Notes under the pieces: model-generated | The model's input: only the letters and a program-made list of their open reading frames with translations | What the model was told of the DNA's origin: nothing | Database searches by the model: none | Assembly: GCA_963845755.1 (NCBI GenBank) | Contig: CAWJTV010000034.1 | Coordinates: 288,001 to 352,000, forward strand | Length of the DNA stretch: 64,000 nt | Source: an uncultured Planctomycetota bacterium | Lineage (GTDB): Bacteria; Planctomycetota; Planctomycetia; Isosphaerales; Isosphaeraceae | Direction: 5' to 3' | Position numbers and translations under genes: made by a program | Part shown: positions 10,627-21,324 of the stretch, piece by piece | How positions within the stretch are numbered: position 1 is the first letter of the stretch | Layout: every line of letters begins with the position of its first letter

Positions 10627-11207
10627 CGCATCCCCCGACGTCAAAACCCGAGACCCTCCCGCCGCGAGAGAGAGCCGCGAATGTCGAACCGGGCGGCGAG
10701 GTCGCATTCTCGAGAAATTCCCTTTTTCCTGTCCCCGCGGGCCGATCGTGCGCGATCTGGGTAGTAGTGCGGCTGCGACGTCCCTCGTGAGGTTCTCGAC
10801 TCGGAAGCCGCATCCCGCGAACCAATCGATGTCGCGGTCGCGTGGGGTGTGATGCCCCGAGTACAGGACGGTCGCGACCGGGCCCCGTTGTGGGGTTGGC
10901 GGGCGCTTTGAGGTTACTCAGTCAGAGCGGCATTCGCATGGGTGGTGGGCGATCGATGGATCGAGCCCCCTGCGTCCTGTTGGTGGCGTGTATCGCGGGA
11001 AATGAGGGCTGTCTTCCGCCCGCCACGCGCCTCGCGCCACCCGCTACCGTCCGCCGGAGGAGCCTGGTCCTTCCGGCGATCACATCAAGAAAACCGCTCC
11101 AGGCCGGAGCCAGGACGGGCTCGCGAGGCTCCCTCTGCGGGAAGGAGTCCCGTACACGTTACGCACCATGACAAGAACGTGACAATCCAAGACGAGAGGA
11201 GATCACC

Positions 11208-12860
11208 ATGTTTCGGTCCACACAGAGTTTCGGCCGTGATTCACAGACAAACCACGCTAGGGCGCGTCGTCCGCGTTCGTTCAACGCGTCGCTCGAGGCC
11301 GTCGAGGATCGCACGCTCATGTCGACCCTGAGCGCGATCTTTTGTGGCCCCGGGCAGGGGAGCGTGGTCTTTGGGATTGGCTCCGGCGGTAGTGTTTACA
11401 TGAACAAAGACGAATCCGGATTCGTCTCCCTGGGCGGCAACGTGACGCAGATCAGCGCCGGCCTCGACGCGGCCGGAAAGCCGGAGGTCTTCGCCATCGG
11501 CGGCGGCAACGTCCCGTACGTCAACGATAACGGGGGTGGCTGGGTCTCCCTGGGCGGCTACGTCACGGCGATCAGCGCGACGGCGGACAACACGGTCTTC
11601 GGCATCGGGGGCGGCAACGCCGTCTTCGTCAACCACGGGTCGGGTTGGACCTCCCTGGGCGGCAACGTTGTCGAGATCAGTGCCGGCCTCGACGGGGCGA
11701 CCGGAAAGCCGGAGGTCTACGCCATCGGCGGCAACAACGCCGCTTTTGTCAACGACAACGGAACAGGGTGGGTCAACCTGGGCGGCTACGTGACCGAGCT
11801 CAGTGCGATGACGGACAGCTCGGTCTACGTGCGGGGTCAGAACGTGGGCAATGTCTATATCAACGCCGACGGGGTGGGCTTCGGCTCCGTGGGCTCCACC
11901 GGCACGCCGAACCCGAATCCGTTGACCAGCGGCAACTGGTCGGGCTACGTGGCCGAAACCAATTTTTCCAATCCTCAACAGAATTCCGTGTCTGCCGTCT
12001 CTGGCTCGTGGATCGTTCCGACGGTGACCGGCCCATCCAAGGGCGCGACTTACAGCTCGACATGGGTGGGAATCGACGGCAATTCCAACAAGACCGTGGA
12101 GCAAGTCGGCACCGAAGAGGATTGGGTTAACGGAAGCCCCGACTATTACGCATGGTGGGAGATGTACTCGAGCGTCGATAAACAGCCCGAGCAGGTCATC
12201 TCAAGCATGAAGGTCGTTCCGGGCGACGTGATCTCGGCCTCGGTCCAGTACATCACCAGCGGAACCCACGCGGGTCAGTTCGAATTGTCGATCTCCGATT
12301 CGAGCCGGGGGAGCGATTCCTTCACCACATATCAGACCTCTTCTCAGACACAGAATCCTCTCGCCACACGGAGCTCCGCCGAGTGGATCGTCGAAGCCAC
12401 CAGCATCAACGGCAATATCGGGACGTTAGCGAATTTCGGAACGACCTACTTCGCCGACGCCACCGCGGTGATCAACGGAGTCTCCGGCCCAATCAACTCT
12501 CCCTCGTGGCAGTCGCAAGCGGTGGACATTATCTCGAATGGGACCTATTCCGATTCGACGTCGGCTCTGATCAATTCGGGAGACAGCTTCGTGGTCACGT
12601 ACAACGGTTCTTCCGAACCCTCGGCGCTGACGGGCCCGAAAGTCGAATCGGGGGAGCGTTCCGGCGCGACCGCTGGAGCCGCCAATACCTCGGCTCAGAA
12701 AGTTATCGACCAGGCTCTCACCGAACTGGTGGCTCTCGAGGAGTCCACTCCCCGACGAGCTGTCGTCTTGCAGGGCAATGGCAGCTACAGAACGGCCTTC
12801 AGCCACACCCGTTTCGACAGGGTAACGGCCACCGCTTCCAACGAGGGTCCGGTCGGCTAG
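11208..12860 (+). CDS. Exported G1-family (Peptidase_A4) glutamic peptidase with N-terminal propeller-like repeats
   Basis: Planctomycete export motif RRPRSFNASLEAVEDRTLMS; four W/FxSLGGxVxxISA repeats; G1 motifs SGNWSGY, WVGIDG, QVGT, AWWEMY, SAEWIVE; GGAG RBS. Confidence 0.85.
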   Translation: MFRSTQSFGRDSQTNHARARRPRSFNASLEAVEDRTLMSTLSAIFCGPGQGSVVFGIGSGGSVYMNKDESGFVSLGGNVTQISAGLDAAGKPEVFAIGGGNVPYVNDNGGGWVSLGGYVTAISATADNTVFGIGGGNAVFVNHGSGWTSLGGNVVEISAGLDGATGKPEVYAIGGNNAAFVNDNGTGWVNLGGYVTELSAMTDSSVYVRGQNVGNVYINADGVGFGSVGSTGTPNPNPLTSGNWSGYVAETNFSNPQQNSVSAVSGSWIVPTVTGPSKGATYSSTWVGIDGNSNKTVEQVGTEEDWVNGSPDYYAWWEMYSSVDKQPEQVISSMKVVPGDVISASVQYITSGTHAGQFELSISDSSRGSDSFTTYQTSSQTQNPLATRSSAEWIVEATSINGNIGTLANFGTTYFADATAVINGVSGPINSPSWQSQAVDIISNGTYSDSTSALINSGDSFVVTYNGSSEPSALTGPKVESGERSGATAGAANTSAQKVIDQALTELVALEESTPRRAVVLQGNGSYRTAFSHTRFDRVTATASNEGPVG

Positions 12861-12863
12861 GCC

Positions 12864-14352
12864 CAATACCGTTGAAATAGGCGCAAGCCACAGCCTCCTG
12901 TTACTTTGGGTTTACTCACGACCCAAGCAACACGGAGGCCATGACTCGCATGCCGCACGGACATTGCACGCTGCCGCCCGATGCGTCGGGCCGGATCTTG
13001 GATCGCTTGGCGGGACTGGAACAGATTATCTCGCCCGAGGCCGTTCGCCAAGTCCTCGCGGCCACCGGTAAAACCAATCAACGACGTTGCACACTGACCC
13101 ACGAGATTGTTTGCTGGGTGGTCCTGGCCATGGGGCTGTTGACCGACTTGCCGATCCGCCAAGTCTTCAAGCATGCACGCCGGCTCCGAGTCGGCGAGGA
13201 GAGTCCCCATCGATCCAGCCTGTGTGTGGCCCGGCAACGCCTGGGCATCGCGCCGGTCCGCCACCTGTTCGAGCACGTCGTTCATCCTCTGGCCCGGCCC
13301 GATACGCCCGGAGCCTTCTACCGCGGGTTCCGCCTGGTCGGCATCGATGGGACCGTCTACGATGTCCCCGACTCGGAGGCCAACGCCGCGGCCTTCGCGC
13401 GCCCTCGGCCGGGCCGCGCGGCGACGGCGCGTTCCCCCAAGTCCGCAAGCTGAGCCTGGTCGAATTGGGGACCCACATCGAACTGGCCTTCGTGGTCCGG
13501 TCGATCGCCCACGGCGAACCGTCGATGGTCGGCGGCTTGCTCCGCCATCTGACTCCGGAGATGCTCCTGTTGGAGGATCGCGGGTTTTTCAGCTATGACC
13601 ACTGGAAAACGGCGATGTTGCGGGGCGTCCAGCTGTTGGCACGCGTGAAAAGCGGCTTGATCCTCAAGTCGATCCAAAACCTGGCGGATGGCTCGTACCT
13701 GGCCAAGATTTATCGGGGTTGCTACGACCGTCAGATCGATCGGGATGGGATCGTCGTCCGGGTGATCCGCTATACACTGGACGACCCGCAACGAGTCGGA
13801 CACGGTGAAACTCATGTGCTGATCACGAATCTCCTTGACGCGGAGCTTTATCCTGCTGAAGAATTGATTATTCTTTATCACGAGAGATGGGAACAGGAGT
13901 TGGTCTATGATGAGCAAAAGACCCATCATGATCCGCGGCGGGCGACCAAGCCGGCACAGATGCGAAGCGAGACCCCGGCGGGGGTGATCCAGGAGATCTA
14001 TGCGCTGTCGCTGGGTCATTTCGTGATCCGAGCCTTGATGGTTGCGGCCGCCGGGACCGTGGGGCTGGACCCGGATCGGCTGTCGTTTCTGGGGTGCTTC
14101 CAGATCCTCAAGTGCCGGTTGCCAGAATGCAACAGCTCGACCCCCGAGGCGTTCGAGGAGTGGTACCAGGGATTGTTGTGGGAGATGCAGGGGGAGCGCA
14201 CCGATGACGAAATGCGGAGGAACCGGATCAATCCGCGAGTGATCAAGCGTAAAATGTCCAAGTGGAAAAAGAAACGATCCAAACATCGACACATTCCGCC
14301 CTTGAAGAAAACCTTTGCAGAGACAGTGGTTATGCTTCCTTAAACGGTATTG
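12864..14352 (+). mobile_element. IS4-family insertion sequence (1489 bp)
   Basis: Imperfect TIRs CAATACCGTTGAA... / ...TTAAACGGTATTG enclose a transposase; no target duplication found. Confidence 0.88.
12941..14343 (+). CDS. IS4-family transposase (one frameshift near 13405)
   Basis: Two ORF pieces: ARQRLG..P, LVGIDGT, then GAFPQVR, LLEDRGF, LYHERWEQE (YREK-like). Confidence 0.9.
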
Positions 14353-14560
14353 GGGCTACACCCGCGAGGGGGTCGCCTTCGCCGCGGGCGAGTCGTACCC
14401 GCTCTGCGTCGTTACCGAGGGCCGCGGCACGATCCAGGTCAGTTACAGGGGCAAGGCCTACTGGGTCTGCTGCTCCGGCTGCCGCGACCTGTTCAACGAC
14501 GACCCCGAGTCGGTCCTCGCCGAGGCCGCCGCGCGGGAGAAGGCCAAGGCGAAAAAGTAA
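14353..14560 (+). pseudogene. 3' remnant of a YHS-like domain protein gene
   Basis: GYTREGVAFAAGESYPLCVVTEGRGTIQVSYRGKAYWVCCSGCRDLFNDDPE starts abruptly at the IS4 right end with no start codon of its own. Confidence 0.72.
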
Positions 14561-15034
14561 CGCTGGGGCTCCGATAGCCGCGGAGACTGTCCGCTTGGCG
14601 ACCAACTGGCCCCTTGATAGCTTGGGCCGCAAACCCGATTACTTTGTACGCGTTCGGCCGAACCACTTGGCCAGTCATGGTGACCTGTCGGGTTTGGACC
14701 ACCATCAGATCGGCTGGCTCGACGCGCGTGGTGGCGCCATCAGATCGACCATCACAAGCAGTCGAGCCGCCCTGTCGTCCAGTTCTCGTCGCGACTCGGC
14801 GTGCGCCCCACGACGTCTTACGTCTGGAGGCAGCGCCAGAGTGCAACGCCGTCTGCCTTTTCGCAGGTCTCTGGTGAGTGTAAGCCGCATCCTTCATCGA
14901 ACCATTCCCCCTTGAGATCTCGGACTGCCAGGGCGCCCGGCCGGGCCTTTCCTGGTATGATCGAGGCGCAACACAACGGTCTTGGCTGCCAGATACTCGA
15001 CGCCAGGAGGGCCAACTCGATGGGAGGAATTCCC

Positions 15035-16330
15035 GTGCCCCTTGGCTCAAGGTGCGACAAATTGGCACTCCTGGTCGGAGGTGGTCCGGCCCCGGGCATC
15101 AATGGTGTGATCAGCGCCGTCACCATTGAGGCGATCAATGAGGGCATGGAAGTGATCGGGTTCCAGGACGGGTTCAAATACCTGGTCCAGGGCGATGCCG
15201 GGCACTGCCAGGTCCTGACGATCCCCGAAGTCAAGGGGATCCACCTGTACGGCGGCTCGATACTCGGGACCTCCCGGACGAACCCCGCGGCTTCGGAAGC
15301 GCACCTGAGCCATGTGGTTCAGGCCCTGCACCGCCAGGATGTCACCGCGCTTGTGACCATCGGCGGCGATGATACCGCATACTCGGCGAGCCAGGTCCAC
15401 GCCCACGCCGCGGGAGCCATCCGGGTGGCCCACGTGCCCAAGACGATCGACAACGATCTGCCCCTGCCCGGTGCCGCTCCGACATTTGGCTTCGAGACCG
15501 CGCGGCATGTGGGCGTGGGAATCATCCGCAATTTGATGCAAGACGCGGAAACGACCTCGCGTTGGTATCTGGTCATATGCATGGGACGCGCCGCGGGGCA
15601 CCTGGCCCTGGGCATCGGCAAGGCAGCGGGTGCCACGCTGACGATCATTCCCGAGGAGTTCCGCGGCCGGCCGGTCCGGCTGACGGAAGTGTGCGACATC
15701 GTGCTCGGCGCCATCCTCAAGCGCAAGAGCCAGGACTCGCACTTCGGCGTCGCCGTGCTCGCCGAGGGCCTGCTCGAAGCGATCGGCGAAGAAGGGCTGC
15801 TCGCGGAAATGACCGCCGATGAACTCGGCCGGTACGGCAAGATCCAGCGCGATCCGCACGGCCATCTGCGGCTAGGCGAGATCGAGTTCGGCCGCATCGT
15901 CAAGGACACCCTGTCGCAGCGCCTGTCCCAGATGGGAATGGACCTCACGCTGGTCGACAAGGAGCTTGGCTACGAGCTTCGCTGCGCCGACCCGATCCCG
16001 TTCGATGCCGAGTATACGCGAGACCTAGGCTACGGGGCCGTGAAGTTCCTGCGCTCCGAAGCAGCATCCCACGATGGTGCCCTCATCAGCTTCTTTTCTG
16101 GTCGGATGCAGCCACTGCCGTTTGCCCAACTAATCGATCCCCAAACGGGACGAGTGCGGCAGCGCAAGGTGGACATTGACGGCGAGGCGTACGAATGCGC
16201 CCGCCGTTACATGATCCGTCTGGAGCGGGCTGACTTCGACGAACCGCAACACCTGGCGGCTCTCGCCGCCACGGCCGGACTGGATGTAGACCAATTCAGG
16301 GCGCGGTTTTCTCGCCTGGTCGAACTTTAG
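15035..16330 (+). CDS. pfp: Pyrophosphate-dependent 6-phosphofructokinase
   Basis: GGGPAPGIN, GGSILGTSR, TIGGDDT and PKTIDND (Asp/Lys pair typical of PPi-using enzymes), MGR, LGYELR. Start is GTG 15035 after GGAGG, or ATG 15020. Confidence 0.9.
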   Translation: MPLGSRCDKLALLVGGGPAPGINGVISAVTIEAINEGMEVIGFQDGFKYLVQGDAGHCQVLTIPEVKGIHLYGGSILGTSRTNPAASEAHLSHVVQALHRQDVTALVTIGGDDTAYSASQVHAHAAGAIRVAHVPKTIDNDLPLPGAAPTFGFETARHVGVGIIRNLMQDAETTSRWYLVICMGRAAGHLALGIGKAAGATLTIIPEEFRGRPVRLTEVCDIVLGAILKRKSQDSHFGVAVLAEGLLEAIGEEGLLAEMTADELGRYGKIQRDPHGHLRLGEIEFGRIVKDTLSQRLSQMGMDLTLVDKELGYELRCADPIPFDAEYTRDLGYGAVKFLRSEAASHDGALISFFSGRMQPLPFAQLIDPQTGRVRQRKVDIDGEAYECARRYMIRLERADFDEPQHLAALAATAGLDVDQFRARFSRLVEL

Positions 16331-16999
16331 GATTCTGGCTACCACCATCGCGCCCATGCCCTGGCCAACCTGAACCGCCTCCCGGAGGCCATTGCCGATC
16401 TCGATCAAGCCATCCGCCGGCGTCCCGACGATGCCCACCTGCGGGATCTCCGGGGACGGATTCATCGGGGCCTGAACCTGTACGAGCCCGCGATCGCCGA
16501 CCTGGAGGCCGCACTGGCCATGAAGCCGGACCAACACCAGCTCCAGCAAAACCTGGCCGTCTGCGGTAACAACCGTGCCTGGGAGCTGGTCAACGGTCCC
16601 GAGCCCCGGCACGACCTTGAACGGGCGCTGACGCTCGCCCAGCGGGCCGTGGAATTGGCTCCCGACGAAGACACCTTCCTCAACACGATGGGCACCGCCC
16701 AGTTCCGCGTCGGCCTGCATGGGGAGGCGATCGACACCCTGGAGAGAAGCCTCGCGGCCAGCAGCGGCCAGTCCGACGCCTTCGACCTGTTCTTCCTGGC
16801 CATGGCCCGGCACAAGCTCGGCCAGGACGCGCAGGCGCATGCCGACCTCGACCGCGCCCTCGGATGGCGGCGCGAGCACCCAAACCCGAGGCAGCCCCAA
16901 TGGTCCGCGGAGTTGGACGCGTTCCAGGCCGAGGCCGACGCGGCCCTCGCCGGGCCCGGCGTCAACTGGCCGCACGACGTCTTCGCTGCGCCGCCGTAG
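16331..16999 (+). pseudogene. Orphan TPR fragment, the 3' end of a kinase-WD40-TPR paralogue
   Basis: TPR-like reading frame is open from 16331 (GYHHRAHALANLNRLPEAIADLDQAI...) with no start or RBS; shares GQSDAFDLFFLAMARH and a 44-bp identical stretch with the gene ending at 3567. Confidence 0.75.
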
Positions 17000-17940
17000 G
17001 ACAAAGACCGCAGACGTGATCGTGCTGCAATTCAGCAGTTTGTCCGCCTCGCGCTGCCCAACAGGCCCGTCAGCCGCCCACGACGGTCGTCGAAATTATC
17101 GTCAAGTCCATCAACCTGATCAAAATCGTCACAGTCGGTCTGCCCCTTCGCAGGAATTACCTCAAATTGAGTTGCCAAATCCGAAAAAGTGTCCAGTAAT
17201 AAAAGATGTCGGGATTCTCCAATGGTGTTCGGGGTGCGCGAAGTGGACATCGAGGGTGGGGCATGGGGCATCGAGGGTTGTGGAGTGTCGGGCGTCGGTC
17301 CAGCCGAGACGGACAACGCGATTCCGACAAAACGAACCGAACCGCCGCGTCCGAAGGACCGGAAAACGATGAAACGAAGCCATCGCCGCAGTCTTAGGAG
17401 AGGATTTCGAGAAAAACGAAGCCAAAATCATGTGATCTAGCGAAGGTTTAACGATTGTATTGAATTGGCCGAGAGACTCAGACCCCATGACCGAGCATCA
17501 ACACAAGCTGGCCATGATGCGTGACTGGATGAGCTCTTCATCACGGCTATCCCTCACACATAACGATGGTTGCATGGTCGCTTGTTATATCGTTCGGCAG
17601 GGGACAAGGTCTGTCTCCCGCTCCCTGAGCCGGCGTGCCGGAGACGACTGGCCTCATTCCAGGAGCGAACCGGAAGGGAACGGAACCGGGCAGGTTGTTG
17701 GCGCGGAGACGTTTGGGTCTTACGATGACAGTTGTCTCCGAGGGATGGACAGGGACCGGTCGGTTCGCCCCTGCGCTCGCGGGCTCGTGATGGCCCCAAT
17801 TGGTGGTTGTCTGAGCGCCAGTGCGCTGGAGGGCTGAAGACCGGACTCGATCGGCCGGTTCCGTGCGATCGGCCGGAGGAGAAAGGATTCGATCGCGTGA
17901 CGTTCTCCCGTCGGATTGATCCCGTTATCCTGCGATCAGG

Positions 17941-20460
17941 ATGAGGACCGCACCCGTGCGACGCTCTTTGATTGGTTCGACCGGTCCCCGTGGGGATATG
18001 CGCCCTTCGAGGAGTTCGGCCCGCCGGGTCGGCGGCCGATGGCTGACCTGCCTCGTCGTGCTCGCGGGGTTGGCGGCCCCGACGGCTCTCTCGGCCCAGA
18101 CCGCCAAGGCCGAGGCCGGCGGCGGGGAGGCGACCGCGACCCAGGGAAGCGCGACGTCCGCCATGCCCCTGGCTCACTACATCCCCAAGGATCACCTGTT
18201 GTTCTATCTGGAATTTGCCGGGCTGGACGCCCATGCCGCCTCCTGGAACAAGACGGCCGCCTACCGCTTGCTGACCGAGACCCCACTCGGCGTGATGCTC
18301 GAGGAAGTCACCACTCAACTCCTGGACAAAGGGTTTGGCTCGGCATCCGAATCCCGATTCACCGGCGCCGACGTCGTCAACCTGGTGAAATACGTCGCCC
18401 GGCATGGATTCGTCGTGGCGATCAATACCAAGCCCACTGAGGACACCGACTCCATCGATTCCGTGAACATGACGTTGGTCGTGAAGGGTGGTAGTGCGAA
18501 GGAGATCCGCCCGATTTCAAGCCGCATCCTGGGAATGATGATGGGAGGGAAACCGCGGATCGATCGGAAGGAGGGCCGCCAACTGGTCGTCGTGCCGCAC
18601 CAGGAGACTGCGGGAGCAGATAAGTCCAAGGCGTCGGATTGGACATGGTGGGACGAGAACGGCGACCTGGTGATCGCGACACCCCATCGGACGGCCCCCG
18701 ACGCCATCATCGCCGCCCTCGACGGCAAGACCCCCAGCGCCACGGACCACCCGATCGTTCAGGAGCTCTCCAAGGTTGACGGCGGATTCGACCCGGTCAG
18801 CCGCGTCTTCCTGGATGTGGCCGAGACCCCCCAACTCAAGATGAAGAACTCGACGACGGAATTCTTCGACAAGGTCCGCGACGCGGGCATCCAACGGTTC
18901 GACTACCGCTGGGGATTCGATGACGATGCGATCATGTCGGTCTCTCGGCTTGTCGCGCCGAAGCCGCGCAAGCCCATCCTGGCGATCTTCGACCAGCCGG
19001 GATTCAACGGCAAGTCGCTGATCCCGCTACCGGAGGGGGTCGGTGCGTTCATGGAGTTGTCGATCAGCCCCAATCAATTGCTCGATACGATCTCCGAGCT
19101 GGGACCGCCGGGCGTGGTCAAGGGCAAGATCGATGAGTTTGCGCAGACGGTCGAGAAGACCGGGAGCATCGATCTCCGGAAGGACCTGCTATCGCATCTC
19201 GGCCCTCGAATGACGCTCTACATCGCGCCCGGGCGTTCCGCGGCCGCCGGCAATGAATCGTTCGAGACGAGCTGGCTCCAGGAGTTCAATCCCCAGAAAG
19301 CCCTTGCGAGCTTGCCGACCATCCCCAAGATCACGCTGGTTGCCGAGGTCGACGATCCGGTCAAGTTCGGCAAGGCGCTGGACGGCGCCATCATCGCGAT
19401 CAACCACGTGCTCAAGGACGAGGCGCAGCAGAAGGAGGACGAGGCCCAGAAGGAGGAGGCGGGACAGGACGCCGGCGCGGGTGCGAATGCCGGGCGTGCT
19501 CCCGGCACGCGGAAGGGTGCGACGAGCAAGAAGGGATCGCGGCGCCGCTCGGAAGACTCCACGTCCGCCCCGAGATTCGAGCCGCTTCCTGGCGAGGTCA
19601 GGGCGTATATCCTCCAGACTCCCCGTGACTCGGTCCTGCGGTTCGGCCCGTCAAGCTTCCGCCCCGTGATCCGACTGGAAGGCAAGTACCTCGCGATCTC
19701 GGTCGCGGCGGAGCCCGCGGAGATGGCACTCAAGGCCGTCAAGAAAAAGGACTGGAAGCCATCGGAGGATGTCCAGCGCGCCGGCGAGCACTTGCCGGCA
19801 AAGATGGTGCTCCTGGCCGTGGGTGATCCCCGCGAGGTGTTGCCCCAGCTCCTCTCGACTTTGCCCGGTACGCTCCAGACGATCATCAACTCGGTGATCG
19901 CCCAGACGCGCGCCCAGGCGGGCAACAACCCGGCGGGCGGCGGAATGAACCAGCCCGGCGGTCGCCCTGGGATGACCGCGGGGGGTCCCGGCAGTCGCCC
20001 TGGGGGCGCCGGGGGTCGGTTTGGAGGACGTGGGCCCGGCGGGGCCGGTGCTCCCGGTGCCCCGGCACAGGGGGGCAATAATAACGCCGGCTCGCCGACC
20101 GAGGGCATGATCACGCTGAAAGTCGACTCGGACAAACTCCCCAATGCCGAGGCCATACGGTCGCGCCTGTTCCTGACGACGGTCGCGATTTCGGTCACGG
20201 ACCAGGACATCCGGGTCACCAGCCGACAGGCGTTCTTCTCCCCGATTAACATGGGCATCGGCGTCGGTCTCATGTTGCCGGCGATCCAGGCGTCTCGCGC
20301 GGCGGCCCGACGAGCTCAGGAAGCCGCCGCGGGCGAGGCTCCCGCCGCTGGTCAGGGACCCGCCGGTGCCGGCGGTCCTCCCCGTGCCGGCGGTCCTCCG
20401 GGTGGCCGGCCGGGGGGTGCGCCCGGGAAGGGTGGACGCCGGGGGCGACCCGGTGGCTGA
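17941..20460 (+). CDS. Large exported hypothetical protein with C-terminal pilin-like helix and Gly/Pro-rich tail
   Basis: 839-aa ORF; signal-peptide-like WLTCLVVLAGLAAPTALSAQ; ends with VGLMLPAIQASRAAARRAQ. Start may be ATG 17998. Confidence 0.8.
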   Translation: MRTAPVRRSLIGSTGPRGDMRPSRSSARRVGGRWLTCLVVLAGLAAPTALSAQTAKAEAGGGEATATQGSATSAMPLAHYIPKDHLLFYLEFAGLDAHAASWNKTAAYRLLTETPLGVMLEEVTTQLLDKGFGSASESRFTGADVVNLVKYVARHGFVVAINTKPTEDTDSIDSVNMTLVVKGGSAKEIRPISSRILGMMMGGKPRIDRKEGRQLVVVPHQETAGADKSKASDWTWWDENGDLVIATPHRTAPDAIIAALDGKTPSATDHPIVQELSKVDGGFDPVSRVFLDVAETPQLKMKNSTTEFFDKVRDAGIQRFDYRWGFDDDAIMSVSRLVAPKPRKPILAIFDQPGFNGKSLIPLPEGVGAFMELSISPNQLLDTISELGPPGVVKGKIDEFAQTVEKTGSIDLRKDLLSHLGPRMTLYIAPGRSAAAGNESFETSWLQEFNPQKALASLPTIPKITLVAEVDDPVKFGKALDGAIIAINHVLKDEAQQKEDEAQKEEAGQDAGAGANAGRAPGTRKGATSKKGSRRRSEDSTSAPRFEPLPGEVRAYILQTPRDSVLRFGPSSFRPVIRLEGKYLAISVAAEPAEMALKAVKKKDWKPSEDVQRAGEHLPAKMVLLAVGDPREVLPQLLSTLPGTLQTIINSVIAQTRAQAGNNPAGGGMNQPGGRPGMTAGGPGSRPGGAGGRFGGRGPGGAGAPGAPAQGGNNNAGSPTEGMITLKVDSDKLPNAEAIRSRLFLTTVAISVTDQDIRVTSRQAFFSPINMGIGVGLMLPAIQASRAAARRAQEAAAGEAPAAGQGPAGAGGPPRAGGPPGGRPGGAPGKGGRRGRPGG

Positions 20461-20784
20461 TCCTGTGATGGCCCCGTCTTCCCGTTCAACGCGCTGAGAT
20501 CGGCTGCACCATGTCGTTTCAAAGCCTCGCGCAGCCTTCCCTGATCGTCCGAGGAGTGTGCTCCCGGCGCCGTCGCGCCATCCGGCCGTCCGTTGCGACA
20601 GCCGGATGGACTGCCAATCGCCCGACGGAGCCTGGGCCAGGCTGCGTATACCCGTCCGGAACGCTCGAGGTCCTGATGGTCTGGTTGGTCCTGCCGGCGC
20701 CGACGGAGGACGTCCCGCAACCCCGACCGGGGGCGGGCCCACTGTTCGGTCGGGCCGGCGTCCCTTCTCAGTGGAGGTCTTAAG

Positions 20785-21237
20785 ATGGAATTCGTGCCTG
20801 AAGTGACCGCCTTTCTGGAAAACAAGCCGGGGCGTCTCGCTAAGATCTGTTCGGCGCTGGCCCAGGAGAAGGTGGACATCCGGGCGCTCTCGGTCATGGC
20901 GACTGAGGGCCCGAGCGTCTTGAGGTTCGTCACCACCGACGTGGAGGCAACCAAAGTCGTTCTGACCTCGCTCGGAACGGAGTTTCGCATCGATGAGGTG
21001 CTGGCCGTCCCGATGGAGAATCGCACCGGGTCGCTGGCCAAGGTCCTGGAGCGGCTTGCGGAAGAGCACATCAATGTGGAGTACGCCTATGCCTCGACGA
21101 CGACGGCGCCGGGCAAAGCGATGGGGATCTTTCATACGTCCAACCCCAAACGTGCGGCCCAGATCTTGAACGAGTTGACCGGCGCCGCCAACGCCTCGGG
21201 TCGCTCGGCGGGGAGGCGACCGCTACACTCTCGTTGA
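20785..21237 (+). CDS. Tandem ACT-domain protein
   Basis: FLENKPGRLAKIC..L...VDIRALS and ENRTGSLAKVLERLAEEHINVEYAY; GGAGG RBS. Confidence 0.9.
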   Translation: MEFVPEVTAFLENKPGRLAKICSALAQEKVDIRALSVMATEGPSVLRFVTTDVEATKVVLTSLGTEFRIDEVLAVPMENRTGSLAKVLERLAEEHINVEYAYASTTTAPGKAMGIFHTSNPKRAAQILNELTGAANASGRSAGRRPLHSR

Positions 21238-21324
21238 ATCGGTGTAACCGCAGGGTCAGGTCGAATCGGATTGAGTCCGGGAACGTGGCGCGACGATGGT
21301 CCGACTGGGGAGAAACCGGGAACC

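Noticed and set aside
17320..17430. Two AAAACGAA(C/G)C motifs as a possible CRISPR or array
   Set aside because: Only two short degenerate copies, no regular spacing and no cas genes
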